64,000 nt of DNA from the human T2T-CHM13v2.0 reference genome, Homo sapiens, in the NCBI RefSeq assembly GCF_009914755.1, contig NC_060944.1. One strand, given 5' to 3'. How positions within the stretch are numbered: position 1 is the stretch's first letter; every line of letters starts with the position of its first letter. The notes under the pieces were generated by a model. It saw nothing but the letters and a program-made list of their open reading frames with translations, ran no database searches and was not told where the DNA came from. Shown piece after piece: positions 41,198-54,201 of the stretch. The position numbers and the translations under genes are program-made.

Positions 41198-41327
41198 GAG
41201 ACATGTTACTCTACTGCCATCTGGTTATTCTAAATAGAACCTATCCCTCTGGACGAGCAAAAGGCATAATGATTGGATAGACGTTTTGGCAGAAAAAAGA
41301 CTTTTTTAATGTCTTGGGATTTGGGAG
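41198..41327 (+). pseudogene. Candidate fossil exon, phase 1->2: (G)DMLLYCHLVILNRTYPSGRAKGIMIG*TFWQKKDFFNVLGFG(R)
   Basis: tactgattcaacag| ... GAG|gtaaaa; SGR..IM.G motif shared with the exon at 31192. Confidence 0.6.
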
Positions 41328-42696
41328 GTAAAACCAATGGCCATAATTTTGAAACATCTGCTCTTTTCATGATCTCGTCTACATGGAAAGAGATTTGGAA
41401 ACAGAACATCCTCAAGCATTATTTTTTTGCAGTGATAAAAAAATTTCATTTTGTCTAAATATGTAAGTAGAGTCAAATTCACTTCTTAGTAAAACCTATT
41501 ATACCATTATATAAACATGTAGCTTCTTCTTTTGAATTCAACATTATCTTAAGTTGGTATATTTATTGTTTATACATCTACCTACAACCAAAAAGGTGAG
41601 GAGTTTTACACAAAAAGAGTATAGATATAATTTTTAAAAATTGTTAAGTAACACTTGACAGCAAAAGGATGATTGCACCCACAACACATTTGTCAGGGAT
41701 AGCAACTGTAGTTGGCAACAAAAATGAGGCCTATATGCTCCAACCCTGGGTCATCTTTCTACTGTTTGAAATTGGTATCCAACTATCTATTGGATGAATG
41801 TCCTTCTTATGGAAATAAGAAGTGAGATTTTCAGTCAATCACCCTAGACCCTAAATTGGTTAAATTTAAAAATGAATGGGCCTGCTCTCCTCCTTCTTGC
41901 TGGGTCTCTTGGCTTCCTGGGTTGTTTCCATCCTTTCTCATTCTTTCTTTCCCCTCAGAGTCAGGGACTCTAGAGGAAAACCTTTCTCTGGATTTGTTGC
42001 CTGTCGTGTTCTTGCCAGTCCTCTTCTGGGGATATGCTAGATTCTGGTTTTGTGCTCTTTTGCCTTGCTTAGTATGAACTTATGGAAATTTGGTCTGGTC
42101 TGAGCTTTCTGAGCCCTGTGTCTGCCCCATTCCTCCTGGATCTGATTTACCTTCTATCTCAGCATTGGCATAAAATGAGTCAGGACCTGCAGTCACACCT
42201 TTACTTGGGCTAGATTAGACTGTAGACCTTACCATTGCAGGAGTAGGGTGGAATTGACCTCAATTCTGCCCTCACATTCCAGCCCTCCTAATTGATTTTC
42301 CACCAGCATCTTCCCCAGGTTGTTCCCTCCTCCTCTGCCTGTATGACTGACTGGCAGCATGAAGCTAGGGTACGTTAGTCCCTGGTAGGGGGCAAAGTTC
42401 TTGCACAAGTTTCCAGGAAGCCAAGTCCAAAAGAAAAAAAGACACAAGAGTATGGTAATATGCAGGGGAGAAAGAACGTCTCCAAAAGGGAATGGAATTT
42501 ATTTTTAGATCTAGAAAAATGTCTTCATTATTTTAATAAGTAAAATATTTAAACGTTAGCAGTTATAAGCACCACTACATATCTATTAGAGTGGCTAAGA
42601 TTGAAATATGCTGACAGTACCAAAGTCTGGTGAGAGTGCAGAGAAACTGGACATCAAGGAGTTTGGCAGTTACTCTTTTTAAAAAGAAAAAAATTA

Positions 42697-44742
42697 GTTA
42701 AACTTTTTATTTTGAGATAATTGTTGGTTCATATGCAGTTGTAAGGAACAATGAGATCCCATTTATGCTTGACTCAGTTTCCCCCAATGGTAACATTTTC
42801 TGAATTACAGTTCAATATCAATTCTATAATTTCTATTTGGTTCTTTTTTTATAAGTTCTATTTCTTTTCAAATAAATTCTAGTTTTTCATTTGTAAAGCT
42901 ATATAGTGCAGTATCACTGCCAGGTTATTAACATTGACAGTCAAGCTATGCAATCCTATCAAATTACCAACATCGTTTTTCCCAGAATTAGAAAAAACAA
43001 TCCTAAAATTCATGTGGAATCAAAAAAGAACCTGAATAGTGAAAGCAATCGTAAGCAAAAAGGATAAAGCTGGTGGTGTTACATTACTTGACTTCTAACT
43101 ATACTACAAGGTATAGTACCCAAAACAGCATGATACTGGTATAAAACTAGACACAGATCAATGGAACAGAAAGAGAACCCAAAAATAAGGCTACATACCT
43201 ACAAGTACCTGATATTTGATAAAGTCAACACAGATATACACTGGGGAATGAACATCTTATTCAATAAATGGTGCTGGGAGAATTGGAGAACCGTATGCAG
43301 AAGAATGAAACTGGACCCCTATCTTGTACTGTATATAAAAATTAACTAAATATGGACCAAAGACTTAAATGTAAGACCAAAACCAATAAAAGTCCCAGAA
43401 GAAAACCTAGGAAAAACTCTATTGGATATTGTCCTAAGCATAGACAAAGAGTTTATGACTAAGTCCTCAGAAAAACAACAAAAACGAAAATAGAAAAATT
43501 AGACTTAATTAAATGCAAAAGCTTCTGCACAGCTAAAGAAATAATTAACAGAGTAAAAAGACAACATATAGAATGGGAGAAAATATTTGCAAACAATGCA
43601 TCTGGACAAAGGTCTAATATCCAGAATCTACAAAGAACTCAAATAACTCAACAAGAAAAAAACAAATAACTCTGTTAAAAAGTGGGCAAAGGACATGAAC
43701 AGACATATTTCAAAAGAAGACATACAAGCACCCAACAAACATGAAAAAATGCTCAACATCACTAATCATCAGGGAAATGCAAATTAAAGCCACAATACCA
43801 TTTCACAACAGTCAGAATAGCTATTAAAAAGTCAAAAGCAATACATGTTGGCAAGGATGTAGAGAAAAGAAAATTCTTATACACTGTCGGTGGGAAGGTA
43901 AATTGTGCAACCTCTTTAGAAAACTGTGGAGATTTCTCAAAGAACTAAAAATAGAACTATCATACTATCCATGTATCCTACTTCTGGGTATGTATCCAAA
44001 GGAAAATAAATCATTATATCAAAAAGACCCCTGTGTTCATATGCTTATTGCAGCACCATTCACAAAAGCAGAGTCATGGAATCAACCTAAATGTTGATCG
44101 AGGAATGACTGGATAAAAATATGGCATATATATACCATGGAATACTACTCTGCCATAAAAAAGAATGAAATCATGTCTTTTGCAGCAACATGGATAGAAC
44201 AGGAGACCATTATCCTAACTGAAATGACTCAGAAACAGAAAGTCAAAAACCACATGTTCTCACTTACAGGTGAGAGCTAAACAATGGACATACATGGACA
44301 TGCAGAGTGGAATAATAGACATTGTGGACTCCAAATGGTGGGAAGATGGGAAGGTGAGAAGGGGCCAAGGGATAAAATACTACCTATTGGGTACAATGTG
44401 CACTATTTGGGTGATAGGTACAACAAAAGCCCAGGCTTTACCACTGCACCCTATATCCATGTAACACAACTGAACTTATACTCCTGAATCTATAAAAATG
44501 TAAAAAAAAAAATTTTTTTTTAAAACGTAACACTTTCATCATCACAAGGATTCCTCTTGTTTTCCTTTTGTAGCCACATTCATTTCCCTCCCACCCCTCC
44601 CTCTCTTTAAACCTTTTGTCATTTCAAGAATGTTATATAAATAGAAGGATATAATGTAAACCTTTGGGATTGGCTTTTTTCCCCTCAGCATGAATCTCGG
44701 AAAATTCCTCTAGATTGTTGCATGTTTCAATAGTTGGTTCTT
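42697..44742 (-). mobile_element. L1MC 3' region split by an L1PB insertion (pieces about 42697-42945 and 44525-44742)
   Basis: ttattttgagataattg...cagtttcccccaatggtaacat; atcacaaggattcctc...tttgtcatttcaagaatgttatataaat. Confidence 0.7.
42946..44512 (+). mobile_element. L1PB (ORF2 3' part, 3' UTR and poly-A), 5'-truncated
   Basis: ORF2 peptide LFNKWCWENWRTVCRRMKLDPYL; 3' UTR ctacctattgggtacaatgtgcactatttgggtga...aaaagcccag. Confidence 0.88.
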
Positions 44743-44872
44743 ACAAGTCCTAAACTATTCTAAAATCAAAATTTGTCAACAATAATATTTTTAAACAGTG
44801 CTAACGTAACAATGTTATTAAAGTTCTTAAAAAATGTTGAAATTTTCTTCTACATAAAAAGTTAAACATTTT

Positions 44873-45206
44873 ATATGGTGTGTTGATTATTCTCCATTTA
44901 CTCTCCTCCTACTCTAAGTCCCCCTGCCTTTCTCTGGCTTGCTGCATGACCCAAGGGGCTTACTTTTATGCAGTGTATCATCTGGGCCCCTCCTCTTCCA
45001 CATATCCGGCTCAACAGAGTTTAGTTCCTTCCTTTCTTTTTACCCCTAAGACCTAGAGGTTGAGACAGCATTTTCTTATTGTTGGAAGATTTGTTGATGC
45101 CTTTAATCTTCCTGCATCTTTGGACATGGCTCCTTTATTTAATTCCTTTCACTCAAAGTTAAAAGCCTTTGAGTGTACTATCTGTTTCCTGCCAGGACCC
45201 TGATAC
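44873..45206 (+). mobile_element. LTR41-like (ERVL) solo LTR
   Basis: Ends tttgagtgtactatctgtttcctgccaggaccctgataca. Confidence 0.6.
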
Positions 45207-45454
45207 ATTTAACAAAAAATAGATAAATTGGATGACAAATGATATACTGGGCAAATATTTGTAACTCGTGTGATAAATATAGGTTTATTTTCCATAATAT
45301 ACAAAGAGTTCCTACAAAAGGAAAATAAAAAACCAAATGACCAAAAGAAAAATGGGCAAAGGGCATGAACAAGCATGTTACAGAAGACAAATTCCAAATG
45401 GTCAATAAACGTGAAAATATGCTTCTGCATTAGTATTCAGAGAAATTCGTATTT

Positions 45455-45599
45455 CTGTAGTCCTAGCTACTGGGAAGGCTGAGTCAGGAGGATCACTTGA
45501 GCCCAGGAGTTCTAGGCTTCTGTGTGTTATGATCATGCTTATAAATAGCCAATGCACTCCAGCTTGGCAGCATAACAGGTCCCCACCTCAAAAAAAAAA
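45455..45599 (+). mobile_element. Partial FAM monomer (copy within the inverted duplication)
   Basis: ctgtagtcctagctact...aatagccaatgcactccagc; reverse-complement match to 46107-46253. Confidence 0.8.
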
Positions 45600-45719
45600 T
45601 TAGGATTGCTGAGTCAAAAGTTATGTGTTTGTCTTTTTAACTGATTATGTGAGATTGCTTTAAAAAGACATTGCAACAATTTACACTAAAGCAACAAGAT
45701 ACATTTTTCAACCGTAAGA

Positions 45720-45970
45720 TGGGTCAGATTCCCCTTTAGGACTGAAGCACTCTCCCTTCTGCTGAGAGTTTGGTCAGGCAATAATTTTCAGCTGATTCCT
45801 TCTCCAAGAATTTTCCTCAGAGACAGCTGCCTTGCCTAAGATTATGGCCTCTCCCTGAGGATGGCCTGCCAGCAATTACTCATGATGTAACATACGAAAG
45901 TCCAACTGCCTTGCCTGTAGGTTGGAAAACTCTAAAGGGCTATTTTCCAGGGAACCCAAACCACAGCACA
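45720..45970 (+). mobile_element. LTR16C-like, internally deleted
   Basis: cagattcccctttaggactgaag...gctgccttgcctaag...aactctaaagggcta...ggaacccaa. Confidence 0.6.
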
Positions 45971-46106
45971 GCATTAACACTTACCATGTGTAATCCTTAG
46001 GAACATAGGAATTCTAATAGTATAAATTGTTGCAATGTCTTTTTAAAGCAATCTCACATAATCAGTTAAAAAGACAAACACATAAATTTTGACTCAGCGA
46101 TTCTAA

Positions 46107-46275
46107 TTTTTTTTTTTGAGGTGGGGTCCTGTTATTTTGCCCAAGCTGGAGTGCAGTGACTATTTATAAGCATGATCATTGCACACAGAAGCCTGGAACT
46201 CCTGGGCTCCAGTGATCCTTTTGCCTCAGACTCCCTAGTAGCTAGGACTACAGGTGTGTGCCACCACACCTGGCT
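46107..46275 (-). mobile_element. FAM (fossil Alu monomer), full length
   Basis: Monomer with 7SL-like aatagtcactgcactccagc; diverged TSD tcagcgattctaatt / ttagcaatcctaatt. Confidence 0.8.
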
Positions 46276-47326
46276 TTAGCAATCCTAATTGTCAGAATAT
46301 TTGAGAATTAAAAATTAGAAAGCATTAGTACATAAATATATATATGTATAAATGATGTGCACTGCTATTTTATTTGTTGGAATAACTGAAAAAGGCTTAA
46401 ATATCCATCAATAGATGAATGATCTACCAATAGAGGATATTGTATGTTGGGATATTTTGATAGTATTAAAAAGAATGAGCTAGATCCATATTTAATGGGA
46501 TGTGGAGGATGTCCAAATGTCAATGATACAGTGTTGTATAAAAATAAAAGAAGAAAAACAAGTTATAGATTTATGTTGGCTTGTGTGCATGCGTGTGCCC
46601 TGCTATAGCTTATTAAAGGTCAACAGATCTCAGTGACTGTTAGAATGACGTGTTTTATTGGGCTCACTCTTCAGCCAGAACATGCTAGCATGGCTATACT
46701 TGTTATTTATGGTGATGACCATTTTGATTGGCTGGGTATTTTTTCTAATTAGGCAGTGCCTGTGCTGTCCTTGTTGTTAATTATTTTGATGGTTGGCTCC
46801 TCCTTTAAAGTGTATTGTCAGCTGACTGACAATTTTTGAAAGCCTGTTTATGTAGTTGGCTTCAGAAGCAGCAAGGATTCAATAAACCACTTTTATATTC
46901 AGATTATGCCAGATATTTGGATGGAAAAGGGAGTATTCATTCCAGATATTATATCTGTATAACAAATATAAACAAGTTAGAATTATAATCAAAACTTCTA
47001 ATTCTATCTGTTAAGCTCTTTGTAGACACTCCCTCTTCATTATGAATAACATAGGTAAGGAGAGAGAAATTATGCATTATATAGTTAAACACTGGCAAAA
47101 CATTATTTCTCATTCTCCTACTATTGGCTTCTGGGTTACCAGAGCACATACTTAGGACTGCCAAATTCTGAAGTTTAGAAAACACTGTCATAAGGCATAA
47201 TGTATCCATTAGAAATGCATTAGGAAAAGAGAGAAGTAACATTTTATTAGGGCTTTTAGCTAGTTGGTGGAGTAATAAGCATACTTTTGTGTTACCTTTA
47301 TATGATTTATATTACTTTTCTTCTAG

Positions 47327-47405
47327 AGAAAACAGTGGAATCAAAGAGTATTTTGATCAGTTTTATAAAGAAATAGATGACTACTTAAGAAATAAATATA
47401 TTCAG
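47327..47405 (+). pseudogene. Candidate fossil exon, phase 2->0: ENSGIKEYFDQFYKEIDDYLRNKYIQ
   Basis: ttacttttcttctag| ... CAG|gttaga; no stop; amphipathic-helix-like peptide. Confidence 0.7.
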
Positions 47406-49079
47406 GTTAGAGTTTGCTCATTTGTATTTGATATGATCTGACACTGCAGAAGGCCAAAGGATCTCATTATTGCCCGGGTCTTTACAAGAAAGGTTCCCCA
47501 ATGCATGACATGGCAATTTGTCGCCTTTATTTAGAGGGATTTAGACAAAGCTTGCAGCATTTAGCATTCCGTTCCTTTGACAGTACCTTTTAACATCCTT
47601 CTTATTGTTCTATTTGTGGGTCAATGCAAAGCATTCATGAAGATTTTGTGGTTTAGGGAGCAAGTGAGGCTGTTGTCTAATTTGTTGTAATTGCTCAACT
47701 TACTCAAATAGTTTAATTTACCTCTGAATATGTTCAGCAGCTTAGAAGAAAGGTGTTTGTTCAAACATGAAATCTTTATAATTAGAAAAAAATTATTATA
47801 TGGGTTTGTGTTATGTAAACCTTAGTGAACTTTCTCCCAATCTAATTTAATTAATCTTTAAATAACATTGGTTTAGTTCTTTTGGCATAGGGGCAAGGAA
47901 ATATTATGCTTTGAAAATGTAGGCTTTTCTGAGAAGTAACATACATTTTTCTACGTGAGCGACTTTTTCCTTAAATCTCTTTCTAAACAGTCATTTCAAC
48001 TTCTGCCTGAGGGAATGGATTAGCTGTATCATTCCTCACTCTCAGATTAACCCCCTCCCTGCAAACTGCTACAGCCCCAGTCAGCATTAAGGTTACCAAA
48101 CCATGAGGGAGGACACAAAATGTTCTTTCTCTTTCCAACTCAATCTATCTTTGAAGTGCCAAGGAGAGATATTCTGGCAGTACGTAAATCTGAAATTCTG
48201 TTTTGCTTCAAAAAAACAAAAATGAAATTCTCACTCAGCCATGATTCTCTTACAACCGGCAATCTTTTTCTGTCCTTTGTCTACCTCAGTGTCTTGGAGG
48301 TGTCTCATTAGTGGGCTGGTATTTCTGACAGAATGCTTTTTAAGAGTTACATTTCTAGCTAAATCTATGCTGCATTTTTAGAGACAAAATAGCATACAGG
48401 GAAAATGAAAAATAACACCAGAGTCTTGAATAATATCGTTAGCTCACCTTCCATCAGTTAATTGTATTTCTTCTCTTAAAAAAAACTATTAAAACTTCAA
48501 TTTCACATTATATTGCTTTCACAAATACATTGGCTAATAGTATAGATATTGAGCCATTACTGAAAATGAATTTTTGTGGGTAGAATTTGCAACCAGGAAG
48601 AATATTAAAAAACTGAATACTTTGTATTCCTGTGTGCCTATTCAGTATCCTCCACAACCCAGCATCATTCTTTGGTGAAGAAATTGTTTACTATACTTGG
48701 GTTAGCAACATTTAGGTCCCCCCACCTTTTTTTTTTCTCTTTCAATTTTTAGGGATGCTGAAATTAGGTGTGAGTGTTGATAATGACTGTTTCTGCCTCT
48801 GCTTATATAATCAAAGTAAAATGGAGTTAGGTTAAGTTATTTTAGAGGGAGCTTACTATCTTCTGTGTGGCCAAATTTATCCAGGAGCTTAAACTTTAGA
48901 TACTTTGGGTCCCGGGACTAGCATAGACTGTGAAGCGTAGAGCTGTGAAAGAATTTGGATCCTAAGGGAAAAAAGTTTGGAAACCAACCATAGAAAATGC
49001 AAGTGCAAACCACAAAGAATAGTTAAAATGAAAAAAAAGGGGCAGTGTAAAGCATGGGAGGAACTGAGATTCTTTTCCT

Positions 49080-49650
49080 CTGCTGTTGGAAGTTCTACCA
49101 CATCAGAAACATATTTGGTAATAGAACTAAAGCTAAATATATAGCTATCCTCTAACTAGCAATTCCATTTCTAAGTCTATAACCAACAGAAATGAATCTA
49201 TATGTTCATCAACATGTGCAAGAATGTGCATAGCTGCACTTAGTAATAGTCCCAAAGTGGAAACAACAGTACAATAGATGCATTAATTGTGGTACACTAT
49301 TACAAAAAATACAGAAAAAAGGATGAGACAACTGTACGTATATACAACGGCATGGATTAATTTCACAAGCTCAATGTTGAGTGAAAGAAACCACTGGATA
49401 CCAGTAAGAACATTCTATTGTTCAATTTGTGTAAACTTCAAAAGCAGGTTAAACTGATCTGTGGTGTTGTAAGTTAGGATGGTGGTTAGCATTATTGTTG
49501 GAGGGTGAGTAGTAATGACAAGAAGAGGACCTTCTTGAGTGCTGGTGGTCTGTTTCTTGATCTAGGTGTTGGTTACCTGAGTATGTTCACTTTATGATTT
49601 GTACAATTTGCTGTGTGTGTGTTTACTCCAATAAGAAAGATTAAAAAGAA
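49080..49650 (+). mobile_element. L1ME 3' end
   Basis: tagcaattccatttctaag...aatgttgagtgaaagaa...tgtttcttgatctaggtg. Confidence 0.75.
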
Positions 49651-49837
49651 AGAAGGAAGAAAAATCAGCTATAGAAATGAAGAGGATTGGCAGTGTAAAA
49701 GTGTCATTTTTTTTTCCCCATGGTAAAAGATTAAGAAAGAGATACATGATTAAAGCCAATGAAAATTTGGGAGTCAAAGTTTTAAACTCTCTTAGCAGCC
49801 AAACTAATTGTTTGAATAAAATGCATGCTAGTTATCA

Positions 49838-50312
49838 CAGTGTTTCAAACTTTCCTGATCCTTAGAACACTAAGGAAGATAGTCTCAAAAATATTTACTC
49901 CCTGGTCCTTCTGTGGGAGATTTCAGTTTAGTCTGTTTAAGATGGGGCTAGGAATCTTTATTTTAAAAACACAACTTAGACAAGAATTAGAATAATGGTC
50001 AGTTCAAAAGAGGGAAACAGAATTATGTGATTTTTTTTTACAGCAGCCAAGAATGATGTAGCCTGGTTTATTCCTACTTCTCCTTCATCTACCCCAATCC
50101 TCCCACGTATCTCCAATTCCAATTTGAGCAGTGATTCTGAAACTTTACTTTAAGCACTTGTTAAGAATGCAGATATCTTGGCCTTACTCCAAGGATTTTG
50201 AATTGGTAAGTCTGAGGAGAGGCCCAAATAGGGCTATGCATTTTTCATAAGTACCTTCGAAGATGCTCAGATTCAGAAGCAGTTGGTCTCAGATGTACAC
50301 CTTGAGAAAGTC
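49838..50312. mobile_element. Two hAT-Charlie MITE relics (MER117/MER5-like, about 49838-49975 and 50129-50312)
   Basis: cagtgtttcaaactt...; cagtgattctgaaactt...cttgttaagaatgcagat...caccttgagaa. Confidence 0.6.
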
Positions 50313-51056
50313 AGGCCTGGAGAAAAAGAATGTACTAGACAAACAGATATATTTGGCTTAGTTTTTTTCCTTTCATGACTGGGCTGGTTATCTAGCACTG
50401 GTTATATTTAAGTCCCTAATAAATTTTAAGGTCATAGGAGATGAGGAGTGTATCTTATATCCTTCTTAGGAGCAATTTCACAGCACCTGTAATTGTACTG
50501 CTTAGCCAGTAGGTATTTTTGAAAGTCATGAAGTCCAGATGATTAAAGTTATTTTTAGTTTTATTATAATCATGGTTGGAAATTAACCTGGAAAGCACTG
50601 AGTTTCCCTGTGTGTATATATATCACTTGTAATTAAAAAGTAATCTATTTCCCCAGTCATTAAATGTTTATTGAGTATCTATTATGTACTGGTTTTCTGA
50701 AATATCATTTTGTCCCTGTCATTTCATGGTCTCTAGTTGGAGCATGCGTAGCAAAGAAAATTCATGTTCCAAAATGGCACAAGGAGGGTCTTAAGCATTT
50801 TTAATATTCCACTTATCAGAATTGGAATATAGATAAGTATTTGCCTGCTCCCAGTTCTTTGATAGGCATTCTATTAAAATCAAAGGCAAATGAATTGTCA
50901 GAAATAGATTTAGCTTACAATATAGATCCACTAGTCCTTGCAAGTTGGAGTCACGGGCTAGTTCTACAATTAAGAAAGACCAATTATTCAATCTCTTAGA
51001 AACTTAGCTTACCTAATACCTTGTCTTTATGTATTATGTAATTGTTTTTATTCTAG

Positions 51057-51154
51057 GAGAAGGTACTTTATTAGTTCAAGACTGCCCAGATATACAGTAA
51101 TGAAAAAGAAGAAAAAGGCTATCATCACTCTAATAAAATGATTAGTTATGTTCG
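51057..51154 (+). pseudogene. Candidate fossil exon, phase 0->2: EKVLY*FKTAQIYSNEKEEKGYHHSNKMISYV(R)
   Basis: ttgtttttattctag| ... CG|gtttgg; 1 stop. Confidence 0.55.
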
Positions 51155-51454
51155 GTTTGGAAGTGTTTGCTCAATATATTTTGTCATAGACAGCATAGGA
51201 TCCCAGACCTCTTGACATTTCTTTGCCACCTAGATTTTATAGTCCTGCTGGTACGTGCAAGCACCTTAAAGAAGAGGCTAATACTGGGGAACACTAAGGT
51301 ATATATATTTATTATATCATCTCTATTTTTAAAGTATAGGCCAATCATATATGGATTTCTCTGTAAAATGAAATAGTATGAGAGTATCATAGAGATCAGT
51401 TGGTGTTCATTTTTGAAGAATCTTGACATTGAATTTAAATATTTACAGCCTGGA

Positions 51455-52005
51455 GCAATTAGGATTCTCAAATATTGCTGATGAGAAAGTAAATTAGTGT
51501 AACCACTTTGGAAAACTGACATTAGCTACTAAAGCTGAACATATACCTATACCTACCCTATGAACAGCAGTGTTACTCCTAGGTGTATACTCAAGAAAAA
51601 TATGTGAAATATTCAGCAGAAGACTGCATAAGAATCTCGATGGCAGCAAGTACTCTAATCTCAACCAATAGTAGAAAAGATAAATAAATTGAATGAAAAT
51701 GAATAGTCTCTAACTACACTTAATATGGATGAATCTCACAGACATAATATTGAGAAAATGAAGTTAGATGTTAAAAAGTATATTCTTTGTGATTCTGTTA
51801 TTCAAAAATAGACAAAACTAATCTCAGGATAGTGGTTACCATTGGGGGTTTGTATTGTGACTGGAAGTTGGCATGAGGAAGGATTTTGGGGGAATAGTGA
51901 TTTTCTGGGTTTTGATGCTGGTTAGAATGGTGTGTTCAGCACATGAAAATTCACTGGGCTGTGTACTTATGATCAGTGCTAATATATAATACTCCAATAA
52001 AATAT
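51455..52005 (+). mobile_element. L1ME 3' end
   Basis: aaccactttggaaaactg...tactaaagctgaacata...atggatgaatctcacagacataat. Confidence 0.75.
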
Positions 52006-52744
52006 TTAAAGATATTTTAACATATTAAATATTAAATATTAAAGATATTTTAATAATATAAAATATATAAAGATATGAATTGGAATCAGTTTCCAGTGTT
52101 TATCAGTTAGGCTTGTTTACATGCACCTACTTGAGAATTTGCCAGCCTCAGAGAAAAGTAGAGAATAGTCTAAGTATAAACAATATCATTTAGATGTCAT
52201 GAAATAGCCTTTTTTTTCCCTTTTGCATAGTGTTTAGTGTGTGATATGAAGGTGTTGTAGCCAGGTGGAATAACATCAGGATTTGGTATCATTAGATCAT
52301 ATTTGAGTTCTAGCTCTCTCCTTAAAACACTGTGAGGTCTTGGGCCCAGTCAATTAATTTTCTGATTTGAAAACTGAGTATAGTAATACCTAAGACTTTA
52401 TAGGTCTATGGAATTATGTATTATTTTATATAATGTTTGTTTACTAGAATGCAAATCTCATGGGGGCAGTGATTTCTGTCTGTTTCATTGATTGTGGTAT
52501 GCCAAGTTCCTGGATCTGTGTCTGGCAAGTAATCAGCACTTACTATATATTTAAGTGAATAAATTACTAAAACAAAAATATAGAAAGAACTAAAATAGAA
52601 AATAAAGTATCTACGTACATTTTAGCTGCTGCTCTTTTAAACTTTATTAAAAGTCACTGGAAACCTGAGACTTGTTGAGTTTAAAATATTATGGATAAAG
52701 GGTAGGATTAGGCCTTAGAGAAAAGATATTATTTTTTTTTTCAG

Positions 52745-52778
52745 ATATACTTGTCAAAATGGATGTTTCTTTATTCAG
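52745..52778 (+). pseudogene. Candidate fossil micro-exon, phase 2->0: YTCQNGCFFIQ
   Basis: ttttttttttcag| ... CAG|gtgttc (weak donor; exon may be longer). Confidence 0.45.
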
Positions 52779-53882
52779 GTGTTCCTTCTAGGATGATAGA
52801 ATCCTGGGTCCTAGAGAGAATACTTAGTGCTATACTGCCATCTTTTTGAAAGTATTCCATACCTCACAACAGAGTAGACTGTTGAAAAAGTCACAAAACA
52901 ACTGTACTTACTGAAAAATTAGATCTTTACACCATATATCCAAAAAATGTATAGCTGCTGGTTAAACCCATCCAAAGTCCAGCTTTGCCTTAGTTCACTG
53001 GTAGGAGCCAAGCTAGGACGGGTTCCAGAAGAAGAGTTCCAAAGTCCAGAGGAATGGCTTGTTCCAGTTATGGGATCCCTTATATCGAGGCTCAGCTGTG
53101 ACTTATCTCCCTGAAAAGGTAGCACCACCTTCTTCAGGGTTGACTTTTTGAGCACATGAAGTAGTAGCCTTAACCACGTGGAGCTGATCTTCCAAGAGGG
53201 CCTGATGCTTTCAAGGTCCCATAAGGCATAGAGATAATCAAGAACGACACTGCTGCCTGTGAGACAGTGCCGTTTCTCCATGGTGGTCAGGTGCCAGGTC
53301 TGTGAGCAGGAGACATTCCTGAGGCTGTTTTCCCTGTACCAGCTCAGGCTCTGTATCTTCTTTCTGCTCTCGTTGCTCCTTGGGCTCAGACCTCTGCTAC
53401 TTGCCTGGACTTCCACTTGAATTTTTCCATCGTCTTGAATTGACTCATTCAGAGTGTTACCCAGTCTTGTTCTATTGAACCTTACTCTCTCAGCTGCATC
53501 TCAAATCAAACCATAGCATTTACCCTGCCATTCATTCATTCATTCATTCATTCATCTAATATATGCTAAGGTCTGTAGGGATAATTGGCAATAAATATAA
53601 GCAGTTATCTGAGGCTCTTTGTCCTGGCTGCAGTGCCTCCTGCTTAAGTCCTGCAGAGCCCATAACAGTCTAGGTTTTTCTGATGCTCTTTTCACTTGCC
53701 CCCTAGTATTCTGGCTAAGGCACATTAATGATGTACACAAAACTGTTTTCTCAGTCTCTTGCATTTTGGGAGTGATTGAAAAATTACATATATAAATTAT
53801 AAAATATATTATTATGAAATATATTATAAAACATATGCAAAAACATACAAAATATAATATATCACATTTTATAAATATTCAC

Positions 53883-54200
<318 letters not shown>

Positions 54201-54201
<1 letters not shown>

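Larger units (their letters stand above)
45225..46560 (+). mobile_element. Old L1ME 3' region, fragmented by FAM, LTR16C and an inverted duplication
   Basis: gaaaaatgggcaaagggcatgaacaagca; aaatatccatcaataga; ttaaaaagaatgag. Confidence 0.65.

Noticed and set aside
36071-44487. ORFs at 36071-36768 and 43161-44487 with reverse-transcriptase-element-like peptides
   Set aside because: Fragments of degraded L1 ORF2 or 3' UTR, truncated and frameshifted
51998-52078. AT-rich stretch with repeated taaagatattttaa
   Set aside because: Low-complexity expansion of an L1 tail; no informative structure
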